Source: Catajapyx aquilonaris (lineage: Eukaryota). From it: DNA of 38,617 nt. Below are positions 12,481-26,490 of this stretch, one piece after another. The DNA lies in NCBI GenBank assembly GCA_000934665.2, contig JYFJ02000928.1, positions 62,001 through 100,617 on the forward strand, written 5' to 3'. The notes below the pieces were generated by a model, which was not told the DNA's origin, did no database searches, and was given only the letters and a program-made list of their open reading frames with translations. The position numbers were made by a program, and so were the translations under genes. Every line of letters starts with the position of its first letter. Position 1 is the first letter of the stretch.

Positions 12481-13529
12481 ATAAAGATGTTTTGACAGTT
12501 TTGTTCCATCAGTACCATTGCCGAAAGGATCAGGCTGCCGATAACCGGAATGTCAAAAATCCAATTCAATGGCCGTACGCGAAGTTGGCAAATGGATCGT
12601 TTATTAAAACTCCGAGACAAGATACTACACGTCAAATGTTACGATTTGGCCATAAAGAACACGGCATTTTAAGTGATATTTTACACTCAAGGAGCTAAAA
12701 TCCGAGAGCGCTACTGCACTAGAAACGTAACGCCATTCGTCTCTAATTTCAAAAACCGTTAAATTGTCCATAAATTACACCATTTCATATTTTATTCGTC
12801 AGTAAAGAAGTTCATCAAAGGCGAGTAAAGTAGTGAGAGATGAGATATAGAAATTGATCCAGACAGTAACTGCTCTTTGAGCTTCCCTCCATTCAGCTAA
12901 GTTGAGGGTAAAGATCCGGGGAGAAAATCAATGGGCAAATTAAAGTTAGCTTCGGGAAAGAGGGAAAGGAAACCAGAATAATGTGGACGGAAGAAGCAAC
13001 TCGATCTTACTAATGGACGTTGAAAATTCACTCGATTTGAAATCGATAGATATATATCCCCAGAAGTTGGTTGCACCAATCAGAAAAAAAGAAAAAAAAC
13101 AATTTCCAGAAATCAACAAACAAAAAGAGGATGTAACATGTTGGTTATAATGATGAGTAGCAATTAAAAAGTACAACAAAAAATTCTCATTAGCGATATG
13201 TTTTGGCCATAAACCTGGAATGTAGTGCGCTCCATATAGGCGTACCTTTTCTATTTTAAAGTTCTAATTAGGACTCCTGACATCATTTAGTAATTATAAT
13301 GGGTATTATCGCGTTTGGTTGCAATCATGTACGCCACGTGGCTTTCTTATGCGCTGTATGCGTTGCCATTGATGCTAATATGGCACAAAAGTGGGCTGCA
13401 TATTGAATGGGGTGCTGTGGCACACCATTAGCCCTTTGATTAATGTGTCTATACCTTAAAATCGTCGTCGGGAGGAGTACTGGATATAATTTAATAGTGA
13501 TGTTAGTAGAGGGTATATGTCTTAAAGTC

Positions 13530-14200
13530 ATAAAATCAAGTTAGATTTTCATGCTAGTCAATGGTCAATCGTGAATCATCTCTTACGAGAATCTAGGCCA
13601 TAATTGTTACAATTGGATATCACAATTTATCCAGGGAATGTCACAGTGCAATGTTTCTATTGATCACCACTGTAACATATAGGCCCTACTTTATTGGCCG
13701 AATTGTTGTAGATACAATGTGAATCAGTGCTTACTATCGGTTGTAAATGAACACTGTCGCACTTCTGCAAGTTCGGGCCCCCTCAGTGCTCATTTAACAC
13801 AATGAGAATCAATTTAAAGATTTAATCGGTGGTATAGTTGCTGTAATCGGCAAGAGACAATACCTTGCACGCAAATGTTCATTTGGACAGTTTCATACGC
13901 ATTTTATGTAAGCGATCAGTTTTGACACTATCGTAATATACATTGTATATGGCAATTTTATTGTGGTAATGTTGTGGCAATGGTGTGGCTTATAATTTTT
14001 CTGATCAATCCCAATGACTTGATTTATAGTCATTTAAAATTATAAGCTATGTACGACGATCGTACTACCAGAATCTGCACTATGGTATTTTTGCATCACT
14101 GTAAACGTGTAGGGTTGGGACAGTTTCTATCTTGAGTATCATACTGGTATGGTAGAATGATAAACGACTCACTCTACCAACAATGTAATACTGTCCACAC
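13530..14200 (+). mobile_element. Decayed non-LTR reverse transcriptase fragment (CR1/L2-like); approximate
   Basis: YNWISQFIQGMSQCNVSID (~W..FL..R.Q.V) followed by IGPTLL (~LGPLLF). Confidence 0.3.
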
Positions 14201-14768
14201 CATGTAGCAGCATGTATGCTTTGCATTACGGATATAACGACCTTACAAAAATTAATTAATTACCCAAACTTGGAACCCGTTATGAATCCCTATATGACAA
14301 AATAAGTAATGCGCATGTGTATTATCCTCACATATTTTCAAAACGATATTTTCTCCTCAGAAGCGCGGCTTTACCAACTTGCACAAAGAGAGGGTTAAAA
14401 ACAGAGGAATCGGTGTATAGATAGGCGAGGTATCGAATTCCTTTTGGGAGCTTGCAGTTGCCACTCCGCAGCCGATACCGTACGCCAAGGTACGATATCA
14501 AACACAAGCTGTGTGATATCGATGCAACACTTCTCGGGGGCTGTGCAGCTGGGTTGAGGCAGCGTAGGAAAAGGCCAAGGATGTATTGATGAAATTTTCA
14601 TTGGTCTTTAGATGTTGGGGGGAGAGCACTTGCATTGTTAATAGGCGTATCCATTAGCGAGATATTGGAACTAGGAAAACTTGGCACATGTTGGAAAGGG
14701 ATGAGCAACCAAGAGACAGGAACACTTGAACCAGGCGCGGCGGTGTGACTTCTCCCAGTATAATTATA

Positions 14769-15597
14769 CAGGGTGTTTTATAATGATTCAGTTCACCTTA
14801 TATTGTTGGAACTCCTCCGTGTGATTCGCCAGTCATAATTACGTATCACCACTTTTGCGTAAACTGCTGTGTTCCTAATTGGATTACACCATAAGCTTAA
14901 GTCCATAAAAACAAAATGCTCAAAGTGGTCTAAACTCCTCATTATTAATTACAAAAATTTTCTTCGCGATACGGTCCGGGAAGTTTATCTTGGGCCACCT
15001 AGTATAAAAACGTCAGTCCTACACTTTAGAGGGAGGCATTAAAACCAGTGAGGCCTGCAACTGCAATGACCATCCTACTGGGAGTTTTATGGAGTTTCTT
15101 GCCCTTCCCCTCCCCCTCCCAGCCCTTCTCTCGTCCTTCCTATGGAAAGCAATCCTGCAATTTGGGCGGGTGATTTATTCATTAAGTTCCCGCCACTCAG
15201 CATTGATAGCTCGCTTGCTTCCAGTACGTGACAGCTCATTCTTTCGGGATTCTCCTGGGAGGAGCCGCAGTTGCCACAATCTACAACGGACATTTTTCTC
15301 GCCCGAATATGACCGAGTTGCTCAAATGGAAACCCCACCTATTTTCGACAAGTGCGTGGTTGGTTCCAATATTGTTATCAGGTCGTCGTATATCTGGTGA
15401 ATCTTCCGGATGAGAAGGCGATTTTTCATGGGCTTGCATATCATGGGAGAATGTTGCAGGGATAATACCTATAGGGAACATGTACCTGCCACATGATCTG
15501 TGAGTGCTACATGGAGTAAGGTGAGAGAGGCAGTAAATCGATTACCGCGTATTAACTCACAATACTTTGAGGCACGGTATTTTGTAAAACCCCTCTG
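14769..15597 (-). mobile_element. Decayed Tc1/mariner transposon
   Basis: TA|CAGGGTGTTTTATAA terminus with a degenerate partner TTGTAAAACCCCTCTG near 15582-15597. Minus-strand fragments GFHLS and QDCFP*EG are reminiscent of transposase DEAHFHL and WFQQDGA motifs. Confidence 0.45.
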
Positions 15598-17599
15598 ATA
15601 GAGTCGTTATGCGCATGTGACATGTCACATGAATGGGGCCGAACGATTTCGGCCCAGGATCAGGGATGAAGGGATACAAAGTAATGCCTATACATGCAGC
15701 TTTACGAGCTCTATTACGCGTAATTAGAGCATTTTTTATAAATGGCGGTAGTTATACTTAGCGATATTAAACCCTAGTATAAAATCCGGTCCACACTTCA
15801 TTATAATATTGTAATTTTTAAGGGTAAATAATAAGTAATACAGTGTCCTTTGTAGTGTTGACGTATGGGGTGTTTTTTCTAATGTGCTGTAACCAAGATA
15901 AATAAACTTGATTCACTGCCAGAGTGCTTAAATGCAGGCCTATACTGTATAAATGACATCTCTCCTAATATTACGAAACGTGATCTATACTCCCTTTCAC
16001 CCTCAAGAAGAATGCTTAATCCTAGTCGGTTCACCTAAAGCCCGAGACTGTGTTGAAAAACGAAATAAGGAATCGTGAGGGGAATAGGGATGGGGGCTGG
16101 CATTTTACCCCAAATATACCGCCCAGGTTACATCGTATTCCAGAAGCGAACTTTTCTGTTGGTTAGAGCATGCCTAGTGGAGTTACGTAACGCGAACTCC
16201 TTTGTCCAACCGCAAAGATCGCGTCACTTGAGCCTGAAAGGCGCATGCGCTCAAGAACTGGTGATCGTGTCTTGACAAGCTCAAAAAATCCCCATCGGCC
16301 CAACTTGATCCGCCTCATTTCGCCTCCCGCAGGCGTAATGACCTGTACCATTTATACTTGACAATATATTCGAATGAGTCGTACAGAGTGCCAGCATCGC
16401 GTATGCACTAAAGCGTAGCACAAAGTGACAAAAGGAGACAGAAACGTCGTGCGCGACTTCGTCTTCCATCTAAGATTGCTACATTCACCGTGAAAAAGTA
16501 AAGTGCCCATTAGGGTCGCCATTCGAGATTATTGCGAATGCGAAAAGAGGATTTCTTTGTACTGCACAGACCAGACATGGATGCAGTTTATTTCTCCACT
16601 CTAGGATTCTAGGAAGGGGGAAAAAAAGGCAATGTTGTGCCTCTCGGTTGAGCAGCGCTAATTAAAACTCAATTACTGGGGGTAGAGACTTCTGGCCAAA
16701 ATGTCATCAATAACGCGGGATTTTTTCCTGACATTTCTTACTAGCGTATGAACTCTTTTTTAATTACAAGAGCTTTTGTTTTCAAACTAAGCCAGGCTGG
16801 AATGAAAATGTCTGGTGCTAGATAATGATGTTGGTTAATTTGATCTTCGTTAAAATAGTTTGCGTCGGGCACGTGGTTCCAGTCATGAAATATGGGAGTA
16901 AATGGCGAGGTGTAATACTTTTGGGTCAGGAGCAGTATTTTGATTTCGGTCGATATCGGGAATACTTTTGCATGTATTATCGAGCAAAAAAGGTTCGGCC
17001 ACAAATCCTGGCACGATTGTATTGGGCCAAGATAACGTCTGTGGAATGACAACAGAATACATAGTACATGTAGTACTGTATGTAGTGCTATATAGGGTAC
17101 GTTTACCATAATATATTGTATGTAAGACACCGGGGTATGGGAAATAATGTAGACTCCATATTTAGTGTGATCAATAATATTGATAATTTTCATACACGTT
17201 TTCATAGGCTTCCTCATTACTGCAGGGTGAGTAATAACCTTTTGTGCCGAATGTAACCCAGTTTTAGTAGTCAATGATGGATAATAAAAATTTAAGCCAC
17301 ATAATATACTACCCTCCATGTTCGTCGTAAAGCAATGATAATTTCATATTTTCCAGAACGACGTAAACTCTCAAATAATCAACCGCCATTGTCATGAATG
17401 TTCAGTTGCCCAATTTATGTCTTGCAAGTTTTGGATGGCCCCACCATATTTTGGTACCTCTTTGAGTTGTCTCCTATGCTCGGATTCCTATTCTGTACAC
17501 ATATTTGAAAAGTACTCTCCAGTCTCCAGGTGACATATTCCCCTAGTGGGACACTCACTGGTCCTTTGTGCAACCAGTTTACCAATATCGTGATAATTG

Positions 17600-18560
17600 C
17601 ACTTGATTACGAATGAAGGTTAGGTGCTTTTTTTCCCCAGAGCAAAAAAACTTATTCAAAAAAACCCGTACAATTGTGGCAGTGAATCGAATAGCGGAAT
17701 CGACGTGATTTTTTCACCTCACATCTTCAATTACGACAAACTTTGTCAATACAGGAATCTGGGGTTTGCTTTATACGGGCGTCATCATCCGGATGAGTTG
17801 TCTGATTTCCGGGAGTGGGCATATAAAAGGGATCGTTAATGCTCAGCCCGTATTGTTCCGGGGTGTGGGACATAATAAAAGGTAGGCATGACAAGGATTT
17901 CGAAAAGCCAGGGTCCGAAAGGCTATAGGGGTTCCCAGTAAACCGCACTTCACCCCGGAGTGCGAATGGAATTGATTTCCGGGTCGAATTGGGAAAGCTT
18001 CGGGAAATCCTTCATTCCGGCCAACGGATCTTGAAGAGTGGGGAAATGGAGGTAGGAGGTTGGATAGAGGATGGTGGATATCCCCTTGCCAGTTTCCCTT
18101 TTCCGGATAAGGCTAGGCACGTTTACATGTCCTATTAGATAGGTGGCTCCGGACAGAATGTTACTTAAGAAAGTGCGGTTGGGCGTTGATGCAATGGCCA
18201 GGTTGCGATGGGAGTCGAACAAGCTGGCCAGCCGCGAATTGGGAACCCTTGTGCGTGTTTAGATGGAAGACAGCAGCAGGCCTCGCTCGCAGTTCGTCGA
18301 CAACCAGCATTCATTCCGGACGGAAGTTGCTGGATGCTGCGTGCCACAGGGAGTGACAGGTGTAGAGCGGTATGCAAATTCTGGGAGAGTTGGCATGGTG
18401 GACGGAGAATATATACGGGGGTGAGAGGGGGGAGGGTGCTGCCCCAGATAGAACCAGTCTTTCGAATGGGTAAAGAGTTGCGAGCACTTGCAACATGCGG
18501 TGAAGAGACACATTTGGTTGAGAATATTATAAGTTGGTATCAGGATCGCTAAGTGTGCCT
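17600..18560 (-). mobile_element. Decayed LINE (Jockey/I-like): ORF1 zinc knuckles plus AP-endonuclease relic; approximate
   Basis: PCQLSQNLH, PCGTQH and CCCLPSKHAQ..RGWP resemble CCHC knuckles. Downstream IRKRETGKGISTIL resembles RxDR..GGGVAIL. Confidence 0.45.
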
Positions 18561-18689
18561 GAGACAAAATTGTGTCATATTAATTATGAAAGTTACTAAG
18601 TGACTTCAGATAATATGCCAACGCAGTTTATGAGCTGTGAATTTCATACATTACAGGTATACAGCTGAAGACCTGGTTCTGCATTCTAC

Positions 18690-19500
18690 GGATCATTTTA
18701 AAGCCTTCGTAGTTAGTACGGTACTTGTTGTTTTCCTTCGGCTGACATTCCATACAATTAAAAACTATCTTTATATGTTCTATAGCTTAACGATAAGTTA
18801 CATAAAATCTAATATACCGAAAGAGCTTCCTCAACGTTTAATTACTATGGTTCATTAATAAAGTTCTTGCGAGTATAGGACACGCTGCTCAAGATGTGTA
18901 ATATACACATTAAGGGAAGCTCTCCGATCACTTGAGGCAGCAATATCAAAATGGAAACTTGGCAAATCTAGCACACTCCACCTCGCATGCCAGTTATTAG
19001 GGTATTAAATTCTCCACGCAATTAGAAAGCTCTTTTACCTATAATAACCCTCTCCCACATCTTCGTCGGATAGGACAACTTAGAAATGAGTCCATCCTTG
19101 TGGATCAACGAAAATAGTCTTCCATGCAGAATCCCCATGTGAATTGTGCAACACTACACTTTCCTTCCACAATATTTTGGCTGTAAACAGGTAACTGCTT
19201 TGAAAATTTTTTTAAAGCTTCTGCTAAATATTTTCCTAAAACTACAAAATAATGCAGGTCTGAATTATTGTTCTGCTGACTCTAATAGAAAATTCGCTCT
19301 CGCTGGAAGTTTTTTTCCTCCATAGGTGCCTTTAGTATTTTGCTGCCCAGTTGCTGAACTTCAAAAATGCATGAAGTTAAAAATAGGCCCTACATTATCT
19401 ATAGATGGTGCAAGTAATCCATCAGCACCTGTAGCCACCAAATTCAGGCCTTGAGTTTCGCTTTGGGCACCCTGTGTAACGGAGCTGCTTTCATGTTGTC
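18690..19500 (-). mobile_element. Decayed Penelope-like reverse transcriptase; approximate
   Basis: MDSFLSCPI (~MGSPLSP), GILDF (~PFLD) and VSRRKTTST (~VYRKPTHT) in the expected order. Confidence 0.38.
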
Positions 19501-20149
19501 TCTTTTTCAAGTCTCCATATTAATCAGTAAGCCTGTACCCATATACCTTCAGTGTGGCCTCAAGGCACCATGAATTCTTGAATGTAGGCTGCCTGTGACG
19601 TTACCGTATTATTTTGATATGTAACATATAATAAATATTAAGCATTACAGAGTGTTTTGCCGCATGATGTGATTAGCTCAGAGTCTTGGGAATCAATTCC
19701 TTCTTCAGTGGCTACATCTCAATTAAATTGAGCTCGTCTTGGTTGGGTCAACAGAGACATCATAGAAAATGACAAGAGCTTACAGCCTAGTTTATGGAAG
19801 ACTTGACATTCTTCATGTCAAATGTGCGTGTGTTGTATAATATTATTGTTTAAGAAAGACGCTTAGCAGTGTCAATTCCGACTTTTGACATGTTTAGAAG
19901 GAACACCATCCATGAAGGGATGTTTATTGTGAACATACCTAGAATATATTCTTTGAAAAACAATATGATAGCCTCTTCCTTTTCTGGGGATGATTTCATA
20001 TGAAGACATGAAATAGAGAACTACTATCAAAGTAAAATTTTGGACGAAATTAAAAATACATTATATGTAGTCCTCAAAGGTTGCATTCTGATGCTCAAGT
20101 CATATTTCTGATAGAACAATAATTGTTAAATAATTGTTGTTTTGTAATT

Positions 20150-20404
20150 GAAGCATCCAGAAGCAAAAGTGATTAAGTCATTTTTTGACTTAGCCATTTT
20201 TGCCCCGATAAGTAGTACTTAGCAACTTCTGCTTCGGAAGTTCGGCTATGTCATGGATGATATGATGTGGAGAACACTGACATGCGTTCCTTTGCCGCGC
20301 GAAATATTTTTCCGTAAAATAGTACCATACAATAGGATCACAAAAAAGCCAGAAACGCAATTTGGAGAAAAACTGACTTAATCACTTCTGCTTCTGGGTG
20401 CTTG
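20150..20404. mobile_element. Non-autonomous DNA transposon, Sola1-like
   Basis: ~31-bp imperfect TIRs (GAAGCATCCAGAAGCAAAAGTGATTAAGTCA / TGACTTAATCACTTCTGCTTCTGGGTGCTTG) flanked by AATT on both sides. An AWWT TSD is typical of Sola1. Confidence 0.7.
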
Positions 20405-21996
20405 AATTACTATAGCCAATATAGTGAAATTTTTGAATAAAAAACTATTCAATTAATGGTTAATGAAATCTTCCATCACTCATCTCGCGAAATAGGTTAA
20501 ACGTGACTCTGATCCATTGGCATATCAGGTCTTCATGCTTATTTCCCACGGGCGCCACAGACCTTTTGTTAAAAGCAGCAGCATATTCAGTGCACTGGCA
20601 ATTGTGCTTAAACACCGGCTTTATTGCATGCATTACAAAAATTTGCATTTCTTTGTGCAGCCGTTCTGGCCGACCCCGTATAGTCCCTGCCTCTGGGGAT
20701 GGCAGCTTCAAAATTGGCGCGAGCACGATTATGCACGTATGTTGACACTTGATTATGGAGTACAGTTCAAATGGCATCATGTTAAAGGTTTATGTCATTA
20801 CAAAGTGAATTGTATTAGCCTGCATTCAGTTTTAAATGTATGAAACTCTGAGCCGTAACTCTGTATTAGGCTCCATATAGTGTTGACAAGGAACTCCATC
20901 CCGGGCGTATCTTTTAGCCACACCCTGGTCACATTTTACATCTGGATATGAGATGAAGAGTAAATATTGCTGCGCAAGAAAGCCGGATATCCAAATCCGG
21001 TACATAAGGGAGAGTGAAATGGAATAAGATTTTTGAAAGAGTGTATATGAATCATATCAAATCTACCCTGTCCTACAAAACAGGATTTCAGCTGCTTTCA
21101 GCTTCCCATGCATACATACACACATCGTATCTTGTAGGTTCAGACCTGTTATGTTGACATTCATTCGCACTGTGTGATATACAAAAAGTTGCATTCGGCC
21201 CAGTTGTTCCAGCCAAGTTCATGAATTTTTCAGCTTCACGATAGTTGAACTCATAATCACGCAGCAGGCCCCAGACTGTTTCCAACAATAGACACTCTAT
21301 TTAGCGGTTTGACTGTGCTCCTAATGCGGCAAATTATTGCACTTGGTATTATAAGCCGGGTGTGTGTGTTGTAAATTTATAAAAAGCAGCAAGTGAGCAC
21401 CCCATTATCACCGCTCGTTTTCGACTTTTCCAAATCCCCCTTCGGCTTGCACAAACAGACTATACGGTGTGGAACCGAATTCGGGAATCTATACTTTCCC
21501 CTGGGGGTTAACATAACCAGAAAACTAGGCCGAATTCATGCCCAACCCCCTCCCCCTCCCTTTGGCACACCCCTTTTTCCATGCAATTTTTCCCCTTTTT
21601 ATAAGACCAATTACAGCTATTTTTACGGACGAATAGGGAAATAACGGGCACTGATTGCAAATGGGCCTGAAGCCTGAATAATTCCACTCCGAACAACACT
21701 TCCTGGCTGGGTATAAAAAAACGTGCTTCCAGGTATCCCAAAAATTGGAAATGCGTTTATGTCATGCAAGAGTGAATGTGCAGCGGTTGAACTGTGACTA
21801 GGTTTTCATCAGACACGCCATAATGGAACATTGTGCGAATAGTCTCAATTCTATGGTCCATTAGAAAACGAAATTAAATAAATCATCTGATATCAAATAT
21901 GTACGAATGAAACTGCCACATTTGATTACAGTGTTGGGTGTGGTAGTTGCAGTGTATCCGATTTTACCCCTACATGTTTCCCTTCTTTATCCATTA

Positions 21997-22231
21997 CTAG
22001 GAGGATACCCGGCGTTGCTCGGGCTATGAAATTCGCTACATCCGGGATTCCTGCTTTTCTGCCCTTTCGCCTCCTGCGACCAAGGATGACCTCGGAGGTC
22101 TAAGTCCAAATGTGCTTAAAACCTTACCCGTTAAAAACTACCCCTAATGATCACCAGGGGGCATACGTCGAGGCCTCCATATTGATTTGCATCGGGAACA
22201 AGGGGACATACGTTGTGAAATATGTATAAGA
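21997..22231 (-). mobile_element. Non-autonomous Helitron
   Basis: Minus strand reads A|TCTTATACATATT...GCCCGAGCAACGCCGGGT (hairpin) ATCCTC-CTAG|T: 5'-TC, 3'-CTAG, subterminal hairpin, AT target. Confidence 0.7.
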
Positions 22232-23399
22232 TTTGGTACACGTCTTTTGATTTTTGATCCATGATATATCTTCTGAAATAACTACATTCAACATTAATCT
22301 GCAATGCAAAGCCCTTAATTAAATGTTTCAAAAAATGATGTAACTTTGAACCACTCTATAGTCCTATTCCCCAGATAGCATTGCTGACGAATAATTCCAA
22401 CCGTTGAAGACCATCCGTCGAAATCCCTGATAGATATTTCTTCTCTCTCCTTCCCGCTTCATTTTGCCTTACGAGATGCGATGAATGCCTGGAATATTTG
22501 TAGAAGACTCGGAGGTGGTGCGTAATTGCTGCAGGGAATTGGAAGTGGGAATAGGCCCAAATCTCGGGGAGAGTTTGCTACGGTACAACTTACCGCGGCT
22601 AGTGTTTGATTTCCACATCAGGTTTTTCACGGGATTCAGGAAGAGATCCGGTGGATCGAATGCTCTTTTTTAGGATTTTGCTGCAGTCCAGTAGAGATGG
22701 CCCGCAGGTTTTATGGTTGTATGTTATAGCTGACGAGACGTACTGTTGCAGTGAGATGGTCACTGAAATTCAGATAAGTTCAGGTCTTTATTGACGTGTG
22801 GTTAACAATAACAAGTGGGAGCCGTGCCAGGGGATCGAGGATGGCAAAAAAATGTGGGCAAGAAATGTCAATGTGATTGCAAGGCGAGTCTGGCTCAAGG
22901 TGACACGTTTTTATTTTGGTTGTCAAACGTGAAGGTGTCATAGTCATTGTGTTCGTGCTTGTTTATCAAAATCAATATATTGATGAACGTCCCACCTTTT
23001 TTACTGTGGGATATGTCTACTCTCGGCTTTCTATGATCCACGAAGGCTCTTGAGGTTTAAGATTTCAGATGAGACATTCACACTACAATAAAGGGCATTA
23101 TGCAGCCCAATAATATATTACCCCTCGCAAGCTGAAAATAAAACCAACCAAATATTGTAAATCAAAGAGTTAATTACGCTCGGTGTTGTAAAGGTAGCCT
23201 ATACTGCGGAAAGAAAGTATCATTTTCATGTGTTGTTGTGGTTGGAATTTGTACAAATATGGGGACGAGGGTTATCGTAGTTTATTTTTTGTCTACATGC
23301 TGTGCATTCATAGAAAATTCCTAATTTACACTGTCATTCATGAACGGGGCATATTATGTAAAAATCACTCTCTGACGTGAGGCATAAGTATACAGTACA

Positions 23400-24500
23400 T
23401 CTTACGTACATCTAACATATTGAACTCGTGTGGTGTCACAGTGAATGCAACGTAAAATGGAAGGAACAGTAATGACTCATTGACTTAATTTCAGATCTTA
23501 CACATCAGTAAGTATGTGACAATGTATTGTATAATCTTCCCTGCTGATATACCAAGCTCTAAGTTGCCTTTACCAGGTCTGACTGTAAAGTCGACATTGG
23601 ACATGCATGGCCATATCACCATGCCCTTTTTCATCTAAAGGAGTAATTCAAGATGAATTCAATGGGAGTTCTAATCCACTCTGTCGTCGCTCGTGCCAGA
23701 AAAATTAGTCACAGAAGAGAGAGGATGTCTTTTAAAAAGGGGCAAGATAACATTATGGTGCATTTACCTAATTAAAGAGTACATTACTTGCATTTTTAGA
23801 ACTTGGAACTAAAATGTTACATGTACCCTACTAACGAGATTTTTCCCCTATTGTCTTATTACGGTGCAGGTAACATGATAATTTCTTATAAAGCTTACGT
23901 ACTCAAAAAACACTACACATAAAGATTGTGCTCAGGGTCGGTTATATCAAGTCAAATATAATTACCGGTACCTATTGCGAATATCTGCACATAATCGGAG
24001 ATTTGCCTTAATGTGCAACACAACCGAACCTTAGCTACGAATTAACTCGCAATTAAATATTAAAGTCATACACTTATGACCGAAGACTTCAGAATTAATG
24101 GATGTTGGGTCATTATTATCAATGCAAATGGATAGGAAATAAGGAATCATTGCAACGTACACAACAATGCAGTGTTGAAAAAATAACTTAGGTGGAAAAG
24201 TGTCCACCAACTATCAATGGCCCTAGGTTGCAATAGAACAACAACAATGTGATGCAACATTTACGCTTGAGAATACCAAACTCGAGTGATTCAAATGAGA
24301 TTGAACCGCTCAACAGTACACAGACACGTTACCAATGAATTCAGAATCTTGATGCTTCAAACAGGTCTCACTTCTCCACCCAGAAAAAGGTCGCTATAGA
24401 AAGTGGAGCAGTATATTGGACGGAACGTTTGCCCTTACCCAGAAGCCTAACAATGGGCCAGCACAGGAGGAAACGTATGAAAAGCAACGGGCAGTAGGCC
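23400..24500 (-). pseudogene. Possible highly decayed GR exon-1 relic; boundaries approximate
   Basis: CWPIVRLLGKGKRSVQY resembles GR-B FWPYAIVSRIFGVLPVGKTSNKPY. Later FFEYV, GRLYNTLSH, VNESLLFLPFYVAF and a GTAAGA donor near 23406. Span is similar to a GR exon 1. Weak. Confidence 0.27.
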
Positions 24501-26191
24501 TATGCTATTCTATTTTTGTCATCGGAAGAAGGAAAGATCCGTGATATGCGTCGAAGGTTGCAGGCGACATTATTATGGTGAGGATTTTGTCACAGTCGAC
24601 GACCAATATTTGGCAGAGCAGTCCACGCGCGATCATCTGGTTTATTTTCATTACGAGCACTCCACACTGTGGGAATACACGGATGAATTTTTACTGGCTT
24701 CACTGTCGCTCTGATGTCAACCAAATTTGATTGGTTGGTAGGTGAGACCCATCCAAAGCCTCATGATTCTTTACCATGCACTTAGGATATTCGCAACCAG
24801 ATCCTCATAATTACCATTCTGGTATAACAATCAGCCTTGGAATAACAAATGGCTTGAACATAGGGTGAGTTTTCCGTAATACATGATTATGAGACTTGCA
24901 ATTCTAAAATTGTACTGCATTATTAATATGTAGCCGGAGTGTTTTTATGATCATTTTGTTAGAAGTTGCACCCTGGCGACGAGATCTCGACAGAATACTG
25001 TATTATATGAACTTATGAACAGGAATATTATGAAACTGAACTGCACGGCATAACAGTTTTAACATGCATTTTTACAGTATACATGTCGTATAGACCTAAA
25101 GGCGCGGAGAACTGCATGAAATGTAGATTACCCGTTGAAGTACGGTATTTCAAATTTATAATCCTCAGTTATACTGGTGTAGGTCAAACAGAGGATAAGG
25201 TAATACAAGCATATTATTCGCAGGTTCGGTATTACTACGATATGGGTGTCATTTGTGTCCAAATAAGTGAAAAGCGTTGACAACATGGAAATCTGTAGAG
25301 AAATGAAAGTTTTAAGTGCTGGTTTTAGCATGCAACGCAATCTCGTATTATGGACCATATCTCGTGCCCTTATCTGCAGTGTACGTGCGATACTGTAGGA
25401 AATGCGAATATATATTTTAAAATGGTTCGAAGAACAATAGGGATACTCGCCATAAATGCGATCGAATCAGACCCTGGGGACTTACGTCCGTTTCACAAAC
25501 TCTTCGTAGTGTTTGCGGTGGGAAGGTTAAAATATGATATTTTCTGGCGGTGGCCAATTTATATTTGGTATTGAGACGCTGACTGCATGGTATCGGTACG
25601 GTTGCTTCCTCGTTTGTGGACCTTTTTCAGGGGAGAAGCGCGAGGACTTGGGGTATAAGTCAATATGACGGCCTATTTTATTTATATCAGACTGTATACT
25701 TGGAGATATTGCCTATGTAGCAGGATATGATCGTAGATTGTGACTGCGATCGAGGCGACATTGCCATATTCCAACAGTTGTGATTATCACACTCATATCC
25801 TGCTAGCTAGGCAACCATTGCAAGGTGAGCGGATCCATCTGCCAGGCGATTTCCCGTCGAGAATGTATGGGTGTGTTGCCGCGTGTGTCTATAGGGGCAG
25901 TCCAATGTGTATGGTCGTCTACAAAATATGTTTTAATTTACCTACCGTTTGACTATTAGATTTTACTATTGTGTCACATACTGTACTTCAGGTAGTCTAC
26001 ATACTGTTTTAAATTCTTTACTATGCTGTATTAGTGCCGTGGGTCAGATGACAGTGATTCCACAGAGTGAAACGGAGAGACTGTGGATAAAGAAGAAGTC
26101 ATGATTCTTGATTTAAGCAACATGTGAGACCTTCGATGAGATCTCAAATTTCAACTTACCTAAAAAATCCCTCTTTGCTGAAGAACAATAT

Positions 26192-26197
26192 TTTATT
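26192..26197 (-). promoter_or_regulatory. Putative polyadenylation signal of GR-A
   Basis: AATAAA on the minus strand about 18 nt after the GR-A stop codon. Confidence 0.4.
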
Positions 26198-26214
26198 TTG
26201 ATGATACTGCGCCA

Positions 26215-26280
26215 CTAATCACAATCAGGACCTTTGCTTTGCAGTAATACAATGATGTAGGTTGCGGCACATGCAATTAT
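26215..26280 (-). CDS. Gustatory receptor GR-A, exon 3 (IIACAATYIIVLLQSKGPDCD*)
   Basis: Acceptor aatgtttcAG|ATA. Carries the GR TM7 motif TYhhhhhQ. TAG stop at 26217-26215. Homologous to GR-B exon 3. Confidence 0.88.
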   Translation of the reverse strand: MIACAATYIIVLLQSKGPDCD

Positions 26281-26490
26281 CTGAAACATTAATTCATATT
26301 ATTATTCTGAATATTGTACTGTTGGTTTAATCATTTGGGATTGATCAGGGACCATTCAGGTTGTACAGAGTTCTTTATCTATATTAAATTTCGCTGGGGT
26401 GGGGGGGGGGAGGTGAGTTTTTCCATATATTTTGTACACTGCATCTTGCTGTTTCAAAGGAACCAGGTGCAGAGAAATGTGATTATTATA

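Noticed and set aside
16741..17319. 192-aa minus-strand ORF, the longest non-GR ORF
   Set aside because: No recognisable domain or motif; lies among TE relics; cannot be supported without a search.
19670..19712. Hammerhead-like CTGAAGA-stem near the Penelope relic (also CTGACGA..GAAA near 12783-12800 and 27323-27346)
   Set aside because: GAAA core or stems I/III missing; not a credible ribozyme.
20460..21300. DDE transposase-like fragments (FPTGATDLL on +, LETVWGLLRDY on -)
   Set aside because: On opposite strands, single motifs, no TIRs found.
26154..26167. TTTTTTAG|GTAAGT 55 nt after the GR-A stop (3'UTR donor or recursive splice site)
   Set aside because: Lies downstream of an AATAAA signal, has a short pyrimidine tract and no identified partner exon.
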